DNA from: Planctomycetia bacterium
Lineage (GTDB): Bacteria > Planctomycetota > UBA1135 > UBA2386
Direction: 5' to 3'
Assembly: GCA_005776475.1 (NCBI GenBank)
Contig: SXPB01000034.1
Location: 3,380 to 67,379 of the forward strand
DNA length: 64,000 nt
Shown here: piece by piece, positions 8,936 through 18,002 of the stretch
How the letters are laid out: each line of letters starts with the position of its first letter
How positions within the stretch are numbered: position 1 is the stretch's first letter
The notes under the pieces: model-generated
Told to the model about the DNA's origin: nothing
The model's input: the letters and a program-made list of their open reading frames with translations, nothing else
The model's database searches: none
Position numbers and translations under genes: made by a program

Positions 8936-10686
8936 GCGAAGGCGCCGCCACGCCCGCGCCGCCGCCTAGGTCCGCGGCGGCCTTTGGCGCGCTGTTGGCG
9001 AGCATGGTCGCCTACAAGCTGCTCGCGGCGTGTGTCGTGCCGGTGCCGCTCGCGATGCTGCCGTGGTTGCCGTGCGGCGACGTCGCGTTGGCGGCGGGGT
9101 TGGCGTGGCTGGTGGCCATCGCGCCGCGGGCGGCGCGTCGCTGGCTGGTGGGCATGGTCGTCGTTGGCGTCACCGGCTGGCACGCGCTGGCGATGCTGAG
9201 TGTGCAGGCGCTCGGCATGCCGTTCCTGCCGTCGATGCTCGCCGGCTGCGATGCCGCGATGCAGGACTCGGTGGCGCCATACCTCACGTGGGCGAACGGG
9301 GGCCGCGTTGCGTTCCTGCTGGCGATGGCGGCGATCGGTTGGCGGGTTGGCCGCGCGCGGACGTTGGCGCGGACGTGGTGGCTATTGGCGGCCGTGGCCG
9401 CGGCGTTGCTGGCGATGGTCGGGCCAGCCCCGGTGCACGCGTGCCACCGCAACCCGGTGCTGGCCTTCGGGCGCCAACTGTTGCCGCGCGCGCCCCTGCT
9501 CCCTCGCGTGAGCGGCGAACCGACCGTGCTCGCGAACGCGGCGGCGGCCCCGACGGATGCGCGCAGTGGGTGTGCGCAAGGTCGCAGCGTGGTGGTGGTG
9601 GTGCTCGAGTCGGCGGCGACTCGCTTCGTTGCGTCGGCGGCGGGCCAACCCAGCGCGATGCCCTTCCTGCGCCAGCTGGCAGCGACCGGACTCGACTGCC
9701 CGCAGGCCTATGCGGTGTATCCGGAGAGCATCGAGGGCCAGGTGCCGATCCTGTGCGGGTTGCCGCCGATGCCCGATGCCGATCCGAGCGACTATGCCGA
9801 ACACGGGCGGTCGGCGCTGCCGCAGCGACTGCGCCCGCACGGCTACCGCAGCGGCTTGTTCCACGCCGGCCGCTTCCGGTTCCTCGGCATGCAGCACGTG
9901 CTGGACCCGATGCAGTTCGATGAACTTGCCGACGCCGGCACGATCGGCGGCGAACGCGAATCGAGTTTCGGCATCGACGAAGAAGCGACCGTCGACGCCT
10001 TGCTGGCGTTCGTCGCCCGACAACCGGCGACCCAGCGCGTGCTGGCGTGCTGGTTGCCGATCGCCGGCCATCACCCGTACTCGAGTCCGCCCGGCGGCTC
10101 GTTCCCGTCGACGACCCAACTCGGCTGCTACCAGAACGCGCTGCAGTACGCCGACCGTTCCCTGGCCCGGCTGTGGACCGGGCTGTGTGCGTTGCGACCG
10201 CCGGAGCACTGGTTGCTGTGCATCGTCGGCGACCACGGCCAGGCCTTTGGCGAGCACGACGGCAACTTCGGCCACTCGTTCGAACTCTACGAAGAGAACC
10301 TGCGCGTGCCGCTCGTGTTCGTCGCGCCGGGAACCACGCTCGGTGGCGCCTGCATCGACACGCCGTGCACACACCTCGACGTCGTACCGACCCTGCTCGA
10401 CCTGCTCGGCCTGCCGGTCGACGCCTCGCTGCTGCGGCAGCGAACCGGCGGCAACCCCGTCGCAGTGCACGCGTTCACCGATTGGGGCGAGCTGCAGGTG
10501 ATGCGGCGCGAAGCCGATTGGAAGCTGATCCACGAACCGGCGATGGGCCGTGACCGCTTGTTCGATCTGGCGAGCGATCCGCAGGAAGCCCGTGACGTCG
10601 CGTTGCAGCATGCCGAACGGGTCGTGCGCATGCGCCAGCAGTCGCTCGCGTTCCTGTCGGCAACGCGCGGTTCGACGCGGCACTGA
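8932..10686 (+). CDS. Membrane-anchored sulfatase-superfamily protein (LTA-synthase / phosphoglycerol- or phosphoethanolamine-transferase-like)
   Basis: An N-terminal multi-TM region (~200 aa) is followed by VVVVVLESAATRF..GDHGQAFGEHDGNFGHSFELYEENLRVPLVF..HLDVVPTLLDLLGL. The ATG is at 8932, in frame within track ORF 8542..10686. Confidence 0.8.
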   Translation: MSEGAATPAPPPRSAAAFGALLASMVAYKLLAACVVPVPLAMLPWLPCGDVALAAGLAWLVAIAPRAARRWLVGMVVVGVTGWHALAMLSVQALGMPFLPSMLAGCDAAMQDSVAPYLTWANGGRVAFLLAMAAIGWRVGRARTLARTWWLLAAVAAALLAMVGPAPVHACHRNPVLAFGRQLLPRAPLLPRVSGEPTVLANAAAAPTDARSGCAQGRSVVVVVLESAATRFVASAAGQPSAMPFLRQLAATGLDCPQAYAVYPESIEGQVPILCGLPPMPDADPSDYAEHGRSALPQRLRPHGYRSGLFHAGRFRFLGMQHVLDPMQFDELADAGTIGGERESSFGIDEEATVDALLAFVARQPATQRVLACWLPIAGHHPYSSPPGGSFPSTTQLGCYQNALQYADRSLARLWTGLCALRPPEHWLLCIVGDHGQAFGEHDGNFGHSFELYEENLRVPLVFVAPGTTLGGACIDTPCTHLDVVPTLLDLLGLPVDASLLRQRTGGNPVAVHAFTDWGELQVMRREADWKLIHEPAMGRDRLFDLASDPQEARDVALQHAERVVRMRQQSLAFLSATRGSTRH

Positions 10687-10804
10687 GGCAATGGCGGCTG
10701 CGTCGGCCGGGGAACTGCGGCCGATCCTGGACCTGGCCAAGGGGCCGTCGGCATTGGACTGAGGCTTGCGGCGCGCGTGCGGATCCCGTTCTCTGTCGGC
10801 CCTG

Positions 10805-11707
10805 ATGCCGACTTCGCCGTTTCGTCATGTCCTGCCCGCGATCACGACTCCGTTCACTGCCGAAGGCGCCGTGGACCATGCCCGCCTGCAGCAGCATGCG
10901 CGCTGGCAGCTCGATGCCGGTTGCAGCGGCCTGATCCCGCTCGGTTCGCTCGGCGAAGGGGCGACGCTCGACTTCGACGAGAAGGTGGCGATCCTGCGCT
11001 CGCTGGTCGCCGTGGCCGGCAACAAGCCGGTGCTGCCGGGCATCGCGGCGCTGAGCACCCGCACCGCGGTGGCGCTGGCGCAGGCGGCGGCGGCGGCGGG
11101 TTGCCGCGGGCTGATGGTGTTGCCAGCGTACGTGCACAAAGGCGAACTGCGCGAAGCGCTGGCGCACGTGGGGGCCGTGCTCGCGGCGACTTCGTTGCCG
11201 TGCATGCTCTACAACAATCCGCCGGCCTACGGCACCGACTTCACGCCGCCGGCGATCGCTGCACTCGCTCGCCAGCACGGCAATCTGGTGGCGGTGAAGG
11301 AATCGAGCGGCGATGCGCGCCGCGTCACCGCGATCAAGGCCCTGTGCGGCGATCGGCTCGACGTGCTGGTCGGCATGGACGACATGGTGGTCGAAGGTGT
11401 CGCGGCCGGTGCGGTGGGCTGGGTCGCCGGTCTCGTCAACGCGTTCCCGCGCGAGTCGGTGGTGTTGTTCGAGCGCGCGCGCGACGGCCGGCACGCGGAC
11501 GCGGCAGCGCTGTATCGCTGGTTCCTGCCGTTGTTGCGGCTCGACACGGTGCCGGAGTTCGTGCAGTTGATCAAACTCGTGCAGCAGCAGGTGGGGCAAG
11601 GCGACGAACGCGTGCGGGCGCCGCGGCTGCCGGTGCACGGCGAGCTGCGGGCGCAGGCGTTGGCGGTCGTGGCGACGGCGCTGGCAGCGCGTCCGGAGTT
11701 GCGATGA
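10805..11707 (+). CDS. Dihydrodipicolinate-synthase-family lyase (DapA-like aldolase/dehydratase)
   Basis: PAITTPFTAEGAVD..IPLGSLGEGATL..CMLYNNPPAYG..LVAVKESSGD (Schiff-base Lys context). The start is taken at M14 of the track ORF. Confidence 0.85.
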   Translation: MPTSPFRHVLPAITTPFTAEGAVDHARLQQHARWQLDAGCSGLIPLGSLGEGATLDFDEKVAILRSLVAVAGNKPVLPGIAALSTRTAVALAQAAAAAGCRGLMVLPAYVHKGELREALAHVGAVLAATSLPCMLYNNPPAYGTDFTPPAIAALARQHGNLVAVKESSGDARRVTAIKALCGDRLDVLVGMDDMVVEGVAAGAVGWVAGLVNAFPRESVVLFERARDGRHADAAALYRWFLPLLRLDTVPEFVQLIKLVQQQVGQGDERVRAPRLPVHGELRAQALAVVATALAARPELR

Positions 11708-13284
11708 GTTCGCTGCGCGGCCATGGCTTCGTGGCGGGCACCGCCGAGATCGGGACCGGGGCGCGCTTCGCCGCGATCGATCCGGTGTCGGGCCAGGAAC
11801 TCGCCCCGGAGTACCGCGCGGCGAGCCACGACCAGATCGACCGCGCCGCGACAGCGGCGGGCGCCGCCAGTGCCACGTTCGCCGCGACGCCTCCTGCGTT
11901 GCGGGCCCAGTTGCTGCGGCGCATCGCGGCGGCGCTGCGGGCCGCCGAACCCGAACTCGTCGTGCGCATCGGCCAGGAGACGGCGTTGCCGGCGGGCCGG
12001 GTTGCGGTCGAGAACGGGCGCACCGTGCGGCAGCTGGAGATGTTCGCCGCGTTGGTGGAGGCCGGGGAATGGCTCGAAGCGCGCATCGACCGCGGCGACC
12101 CGGCTCGGCAGCCGCAGCCGAAACCCGACGTGCGCTCGATGCTCATGGCCATGGGGCCGGTGGCGGTGTGTGGCGCCAGCAACTTCCCGCTCGCGTATTC
12201 GGTTGCCGGTGGCGACACCGCGAGTGCGTTGGCGGCGGGCTGTCCGGTCGTGGTGAAGGCGCACCCGGCGCATCCGGGCACCAGCGAACTCACCGGCGCG
12301 ATCGTCGCTGCCGCCGTGCGCGAACTCGGCTTGCCGGCGGGCACGTTCTCGCTGCTGCACGGGCCGCAGCCGGAGACGGGCGCGCGCCTGGTGCAACACG
12401 CGGCGATCGCTGCGGTCGGCTTCACCGGTTCGCACCAGGGTGGGCGCGCGTTGTGCGACCTCGCCGCGGCGCGGCCGAACCCGATCCCGGTGTTCGCCGA
12501 GATGGGCTCGATGAACCCGGTGTTCGTGTTGCCCGGCGCCCTGGCGTCGCGCGGTACGGTGATCGCCGAACAGCTCGCGGCTTCGGCCTTGCTGGCGATG
12601 GGGCAGTTCTGCACCAGTCCCGGCATGGTGGCGTTTGTCGACGGTCCGGGCAGCGAAGCGTTCGCCGCGGTGCTGCAGCAGAAGCTGCAGGGTGCTGCTG
12701 CGGGCCCGGCGGTGCATCCGTCGATCCGCGCCCACTACGAACGTGCGCTCGCCGAAGTGCGCACCCTGCCGGTGACCAGCATGGCGAGCAGCCGTGCCAG
12801 CACCGCGGCGGCCGGAGTGTGTCCGACGTTGCTCGCCGCCTCCGCGGGCGTGGTGTTGCAGCATGCGCGCTTGCGCAGCGAGATCTACGGGCCGGCGGTG
12901 CTGGCCGTGCGCTGCCGCGACCTCGCCGAGATGATGGCGCTGGTGCATTCGCTGCAGGGGCATCTGACGGCGACCGTGCACGGCGAGGCCGACGACTTCG
13001 CGACGCATGCCGCACTGTGTGCGGCGTTGCGGCCGAAGGTCGGTCGCCTCGTTGCCAACGGTGTGCCCACGGGCGTCGAAGTCGGCGCCGCGATGGTGCA
13101 CGGCGGGCCGTGGCCGGCGGCCAGCGATGCGCGCTTCTCCGCCGTGGGCACGACCTCGATCCGTCGCTGGGTGCGGCCCGTGTGCTGGCAGGACTGGCCG
13201 GACGCCCTGCTGCCCGCGGAGCTGCGCGACGGCAATCCGATGCGCCTGCGCCGCATCGTCGATGGCGTGCCGGTCAGCGGATGA
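11704..13284 (+). CDS. NAD(P)-dependent aldehyde dehydrogenase, alpha-ketoglutaric-semialdehyde-dehydrogenase-like
   Basis: VCGASNFPLAYSVAGGDTASALAAGCPVVVKAHPAHP..GFTGSHQGG..FAEMGSMNPVFV..GQFCTSPG. ATGA overlap with the DapA-like gene. Confidence 0.85.
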   Translation: MSSLRGHGFVAGTAEIGTGARFAAIDPVSGQELAPEYRAASHDQIDRAATAAGAASATFAATPPALRAQLLRRIAAALRAAEPELVVRIGQETALPAGRVAVENGRTVRQLEMFAALVEAGEWLEARIDRGDPARQPQPKPDVRSMLMAMGPVAVCGASNFPLAYSVAGGDTASALAAGCPVVVKAHPAHPGTSELTGAIVAAAVRELGLPAGTFSLLHGPQPETGARLVQHAAIAAVGFTGSHQGGRALCDLAAARPNPIPVFAEMGSMNPVFVLPGALASRGTVIAEQLAASALLAMGQFCTSPGMVAFVDGPGSEAFAAVLQQKLQGAAAGPAVHPSIRAHYERALAEVRTLPVTSMASSRASTAAAGVCPTLLAASAGVVLQHARLRSEIYGPAVLAVRCRDLAEMMALVHSLQGHLTATVHGEADDFATHAALCAALRPKVGRLVANGVPTGVEVGAAMVHGGPWPAASDARFSAVGTTSIRRWVRPVCWQDWPDALLPAELRDGNPMRLRRIVDGVPVSG

Positions 13285-14968
13285 AGAACTCGTAGCCCGA
13301 ACTGGTGGCGATGCCGGCCGGCGCCAGGGGATCGAGGGCAAACAGCTCGAAGTAGAACGGCACCGTCGCCAGCGTCGGATCGTTCGGCAAGGCGATGCGC
13401 CAGGTCGCGTGGCCGGGCTGGCCCGGTGCGCCAAACAGCGGCAGCGGCACGTGCCCGCTGATGTTGAGATGCCACGGCAGTCCGGCGACCACGGCGCTCG
13501 GTTCGATCGACGTGAAGCCGTAGGCGAGCAGCGCGAAGCCCGCGCCGTCACCGGCGGCGACGCCGAGCTTGTAGTCGAGGTTGCCGGGGAACGTCGGCAC
13601 GCTGGTGACGAGGAACGGTTCGCTGGCGCCGGCCAGGGCGGGCCCGAACACGCGCGGCGGCGGTTGCACGGCGCTGCGCAGCGTCGGATGGTCGAACGGC
13701 GGCAGCGCCAGCGCGGCGCGCGGGTCGGTCAACGCCGTGCGCACGAAATCCTGCACCAACGCAACCTGGGCGAGCGAGACGCCGAGCTGGTTGAGCGGTT
13801 GCAAGAACGGATCGAGGTTCGACGTGTCGACGCCGTGGCCGACGAAGTAGACGTTCAGCGTCGAAGCCGGATTGGTCCATTGCGCCGGATCGCCGAGGGC
13901 CGGGCTCTGGCCGTTGTGGAACAGGCGCGGGCGCAACCCGGCGTTGCGCAGCGTCGGCGTCTTGAACGCCGCGTAGTCGTCGGGCGCCGTGGAGAAGGCA
14001 CCGCGGCCGATGTCTTCGGCACCGGGGCGCACGCCGAGGTTGTGGTAGAGGTCGTCGGCGAACAGTGGCGTCCAGTGGCACGCGATGCAGCGGCCCTCGT
14101 TCTGGAATGCGGCCCAGCCGAGCTGCTCGCTCGGCGTCAGCGCCGTCGACGCCCCCGACATGAAGCGATCCCACGGCGTCTGGTTCGGGTTCAGCGTGCG
14201 TTGGTAACTCGCCAGCGCCATGCCGATGTGCGCGGCACTGATCACCGGCGAGCCGAAGGCGGCCTGGAACAACTGCGCGTAGGTCGGGTTCTGCTGGATC
14301 GCTGCCTGCACGTCGCTCGGCAGGTTGGTCGCGAGCCGCAGCGGCACTGCGGCCTGCAGCTTCTGGCGCACGTCCTGCCAGGTGCGGCCTTCGTGGCCCA
14401 TCTCGACCGGATTGAGGATCGGCCCGATCGCCTGGTTCTCGAGCGCGGCACCGACCGGAATCAGCGGCTGCAGCGTTTCAGGATCGTCGAACGTGCCGCT
14501 GGCGCGCCCATCCCAGAACAATTCGCTGAAGTGGGCGGCGGCCAGCATCGACGGCGACGTGCGCCCGGTTGCCTGGCGCGACAGACCGAAGGCGCCCTTC
14601 GGTCGGAAGTCGCCGTTGTTGGCCTGGCGCACGATGCCGGCCGAACCGTGGATGTCGTCGGGGGTGCCGAACACGCCATCGGGGCCGGGGTGCTGGCCGC
14701 CCGCGAGGCGACCGTCACTGCCGCCGAACTCGGGCAGGTGGCACGTTCCACACGCGACGGAGTCGTCGCTGCTGAGCTGCTCTTCCCAGAACAGGATTTT
14801 GCCGAGCACGATCTTGGCCGGAGTCTGCGGATTCTGCGGCGGCACCCACGGCGCCTGCAGTTGGGCCAGTGCGAAGCTGGCGAAGCTGGAACAGGCGATG
14901 GCAAGGCGCAGGAGCATGAAGGCGAACGGCAAGCGGCTTCGGTGGGGCCGGCACAGCATACCTCGCAA
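13274..14968 (-). CDS. Di-haem cytochrome c peroxidase (CCP/MauG family) fused to the shared C-terminal module
   Basis: Two haem motifs (CGTCH and CIACH) plus FKTPTLRNAGLRPRLFHNG. Signal peptide MLLRLAIACSSFASFALAQ. The last 124 aa (nt 13277..13648) are the module (GFALLAYGFTS..HVPLPLFG..GHATWRIALPNDPTL..FYFELFALDP). The start may be M18. Confidence 0.85.
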   Translation of the reverse strand: MRGMLCRPHRSRLPFAFMLLRLAIACSSFASFALAQLQAPWVPPQNPQTPAKIVLGKILFWEEQLSSDDSVACGTCHLPEFGGSDGRLAGGQHPGPDGVFGTPDDIHGSAGIVRQANNGDFRPKGAFGLSRQATGRTSPSMLAAAHFSELFWDGRASGTFDDPETLQPLIPVGAALENQAIGPILNPVEMGHEGRTWQDVRQKLQAAVPLRLATNLPSDVQAAIQQNPTYAQLFQAAFGSPVISAAHIGMALASYQRTLNPNQTPWDRFMSGASTALTPSEQLGWAAFQNEGRCIACHWTPLFADDLYHNLGVRPGAEDIGRGAFSTAPDDYAAFKTPTLRNAGLRPRLFHNGQSPALGDPAQWTNPASTLNVYFVGHGVDTSNLDPFLQPLNQLGVSLAQVALVQDFVRTALTDPRAALALPPFDHPTLRSAVQPPPRVFGPALAGASEPFLVTSVPTFPGNLDYKLGVAAGDGAGFALLAYGFTSIEPSAVVAGLPWHLNISGHVPLPLFGAPGQPGHATWRIALPNDPTLATVPFYFELFALDPLAPAGIATSSGYEFFIR

Positions 14969-15022
14969 CTACCACGCGTCGATCGGACTGGAAGGGGCGG
15001 CGGTGCCTCGCCTGGCCACGCA

Positions 15023-16108
15023 CTACCCGCCGAACATCTGGGTCCAGGTCTGCTCGTGCCGACCCAGTCCCGTGCGGCCATGGTCGCCGAGCATGTTGCG
15101 GTGGTGGCCAGGGCTGTACCACCATGCGCGGATCGCGCCGGCACCTGCCCCCTGGCCGTTGGCGATGTTCTCGGCGCCGCCACTCGTGCCGAAGTTGGCG
15201 GCGCGGTCGCCGGGCGAGCGTTTGCCGGCAACCGGCGATTCGTGGGCGAAAAAACCGAGCGACACCATGTCGGTCGAGTGGTCGCGCGCCGCCGCCGACA
15301 GCTTCTCGTCGAGGCGCAGCAACGGCAGGCCGAGCAGGAAGCGGGTTCGCTGCAGGGCCGTGGTGCCGGCGAACTCCTCGGCGTCGATGACCGGGCGCAG
15401 CACTTCGTTGGCGGTGAGGGTGCTGCGGTCGCGTTCGGACAACGGCAGTGCCATCAGGGTCCACACCGTGGTCTCGTCGGTGATCGAATCGGGCGACGGC
15501 GGCAGCGGCGGCACCGGGTACTTCAGGAAGTGCTTCTCGGCGTCGGGATGCAGTTCGAGTCCGGACGTGCAATCCGCGTAGAGGCGATACAGCTTCTGCA
15601 GGTCCACGCGCTGGGCCAACACCGCCTGCTTCGCATCGACGAGCGCGCGCGTTTCGAGTTCGGCCTTGGTCGGCAACACCCACTGCTCGATCTGCGCCAC
15701 CAGCGGATCGAGTTCGGTTTCGATCTGGCCCTTGGTCAGGCCATCGCGGCGGCTGATCGCGAGCGCCTTGCTGCGCACGGCCGCCGCCGATTCGAGCCCT
15801 TTGCCGATGCGCGTCTTCACCACGGCGGTGACGTTCTTGCCGAGTTCGCGTTGCAGGTCGGCAGCGGCGCGATCGTGCTTCTTCTTGCGGGAAGCGAGCT
15901 GGTCACTCAGCGCGATGCTGGCTTGCAGGCGGATCGACAGCGGCTGCACCTGCAGCTTCGCCACCACGCCGGCGGCGTCGTCGAGATCGAGTCGCGTGGA
16001 CTTGAGCCGGGCGACGAGACCGGGGCCCGTGGGCTCGGCCCCGGCCTGGGACAACGCAGGAAGAGCGGCCAGCAACACGCTGGCGCACAGCGACAGGGCT
16101 CGACTCAC
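15023..16108 (-). CDS. Exported CAP/SCP-domain protein with a long coiled-coil-like N-terminal region
   Basis: The C-terminus reads DMVSLGFFAHESP..GGAENIANG..IRAWWYSPGHHRNML, a bacterial CAP-domain pattern. The GTG at 16108 (VSRALSLCASVLLAALPALSQAG signal) overlaps the upstream TGA as GTGA. Confidence 0.75.
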   Translation of the reverse strand: MSRALSLCASVLLAALPALSQAGAEPTGPGLVARLKSTRLDLDDAAGVVAKLQVQPLSIRLQASIALSDQLASRKKKHDRAAADLQRELGKNVTAVVKTRIGKGLESAAAVRSKALAISRRDGLTKGQIETELDPLVAQIEQWVLPTKAELETRALVDAKQAVLAQRVDLQKLYRLYADCTSGLELHPDAEKHFLKYPVPPLPPSPDSITDETTVWTLMALPLSERDRSTLTANEVLRPVIDAEEFAGTTALQRTRFLLGLPLLRLDEKLSAAARDHSTDMVSLGFFAHESPVAGKRSPGDRAANFGTSGGAENIANGQGAGAGAIRAWWYSPGHHRNMLGDHGRTGLGRHEQTWTQMFGG

Positions 16109-16926
16109 GGCTTCTTCGAGTTGGGTGCGGTCCAGTTCGGGTGCTTGTTCAACCAGCGCTGCCAGTCCTGGAAGCCCGTCTGCGAAACACCGGTCAGTCG
16201 CGTCAGCGTCGCAACCCACTTGCCCTCGACGGCGCGCAGCGTCTTGCGCGCGTTCTGCGGGTCGAGATTGACCGGGGCGCTCGGGTCGCTCGATTCCGCT
16301 TCGGTCGCCTTGCTGTGCAGGCTGCCCCAGGCGCGGATGATCGCTTTCACTACATCGCGCCGCGGTTTGATGTCGAGCGAGGTGAAGCTGCCGAGCGCTT
16401 CGCCGGCGGCGGCGCGCAGCTCGTCGACGTGGGACCGCGTCGTGGTCTCGACCAGGAAGTCGACCTGCTTGTCGTCCTCGGTGCGCCCCAAGGCCAGGAT
16501 CAGGTGCGCCTGCAAAGGAATCGCGTCCTTGATGCGGGCATCGGCGAGCGCCTTCGCGAGTTCCTTGCCGCCATCGGCGCCGAGCTTGGCGAGCGCGTCG
16601 CCGGCTTCGCGGTAGAGGATCTCCTTGTCGCCGGTGCGCACCTTGCCGGTCCGGAACACGTCGCCGAGCCCCTTGGCCAGCTTCTCCTTGTCCTTCGGGT
16701 TGCGGTTCTCGACGCCGATCAGCTTTTGCATCAGGCCGATCGCCTGGAAGTCGGCGACCATCTTCGGGTCGGCGACCAGCGACTTCAGTTCCTTCAGTTG
16801 GTCGGGCAGGGCCGGATCGACGGGCGGCACCGGGGCAGGCGTCTGGGCGGCAAGGCAGGCGGCGAGCACAGCCGCGGCCAGCAGTGGGCGCGCGGCGACG
16901 ACAGGAGACCTCGGCATGGGCGACAT
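16105..16926 (-). CDS. Exported HEAT-like alpha-helical repeat protein
   Basis: 273-aa ORF with signal peptide (PLLAAAVLAACLAAQ). Lys/Ala/Leu-rich helical repeats (EAGDALAKLGADGGKELAKALADARIKD..AAAGEALG). Confidence 0.6.
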   Translation of the reverse strand: MSPMPRSPVVAARPLLAAAVLAACLAAQTPAPVPPVDPALPDQLKELKSLVADPKMVADFQAIGLMQKLIGVENRNPKDKEKLAKGLGDVFRTGKVRTGDKEILYREAGDALAKLGADGGKELAKALADARIKDAIPLQAHLILALGRTEDDKQVDFLVETTTRSHVDELRAAAGEALGSFTSLDIKPRRDVVKAIIRAWGSLHSKATEAESSDPSAPVNLDPQNARKTLRAVEGKWVATLTRLTGVSQTGFQDWQRWLNKHPNWTAPNSKKP

Positions 16927-16958
16927 TCTAGCCAGAGGTCCTGGTTCGCGAGAGGCCG

Positions 16959-18002
16959 ATGAAGGAACGTCGGCGAGCCGGGCAGGATTGGACTCGGTCC
17001 GCCAGTTCCGCTACCACATTCGCCCCCGTGTCGCTCGTCCTCATCACCGGCGGAGCCGGCTTCATCGGCAGCCACCTCGCCACGCGCCTGGTCCAGGCCG
17101 GTCGAGCGGTCCGTGTACTCGACAACCTCGACCCGTTCTACGACGTGGCGTTGAAGCGCCGCAACGTCGTCGCGGTCGCCGGGGCCGCCAGCGTGGCGGG
17201 GGGGCGGTTCGAGTTCGTCGAAGGCGACATCCGCGATCGCGAGACGTGCCGGCGAGCGGTGGCGGGGGTGGACGTCGTCGTGCACCTCGCCGCGTTGGCG
17301 GGTGTGCGGCCGTCGATCGCCGAACCGTCGCGCTACATGGACGTCAACGTCACCGGCACCCAGACCCTGCTGTCGGCGATCGACAACCGCGCCACCGCGT
17401 TCGTGTTCGGCAGCAGTTCTTCGGTCTACGGCGGCAACACCAAGGTGCCGTTCGTCGAGGACGATCCGGTCGATCGGCCGGTGTCGCCGTACGCGGCGAG
17501 CAAGAAGGCCGGCGAGATCGTCTGCCACGCCTTCCACCATCTGCGCGGCAATCCGGTCACGTGCCTGCGGTTCTTCACCGTCTACGGCCCGCGCCAGCGC
17601 CCCGAGATGGCGATCCACCAGTTCGCCCGGCACATCACGAACGGCACGCCGTTGCCGTTCTTCGGCGATGGGGCGTCGCGGCGTGACTACACCTACGTCG
17701 ACGACATCGTGGCCGGCGTCGTGGCAGCGATGGAGCGCACCAGCGGCTACGCGATCTACAACCTGGGTGGGGCCGCCACCACGTCGCTGCAGGAGATGGT
17801 CACCGCACTCGAGCAGGTACTCGGCAAACGCGCGGTGCTGCAGCGGTTGCCCGACCAACCCGGCGACGTGCCGGTCACGTATGCTTGCGTGAAGAAGGCC
17901 GCACGCGAATTGGGCTACGCCAGCCCGACGCCGTTCGCGGTCGGCGTCGCCAGGTTCTGCGCCTGGTATTCCAGCGAGAAGAAGGCCGGGAGGATCCCGT
18001 GA
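16959..18002 (+). CDS. SDR-family NAD-dependent nucleotide-sugar epimerase (UDP-glucuronate-4-epimerase-like)
   Basis: VLITGGAGFIGSHL..DNLDPFYDVALKRRN..SSSSVYG..SPYAASKKAGE (YxxxK). A possible GTG start is at 17028. Confidence 0.85.
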   Translation: MKERRRAGQDWTRSASSATTFAPVSLVLITGGAGFIGSHLATRLVQAGRAVRVLDNLDPFYDVALKRRNVVAVAGAASVAGGRFEFVEGDIRDRETCRRAVAGVDVVVHLAALAGVRPSIAEPSRYMDVNVTGTQTLLSAIDNRATAFVFGSSSSVYGGNTKVPFVEDDPVDRPVSPYAASKKAGEIVCHAFHHLRGNPVTCLRFFTVYGPRQRPEMAIHQFARHITNGTPLPFFGDGASRRDYTYVDDIVAGVVAAMERTSGYAIYNLGGAATTSLQEMVTALEQVLGKRAVLQRLPDQPGDVPVTYACVKKAARELGYASPTPFAVGVARFCAWYSSEKKAGRIP

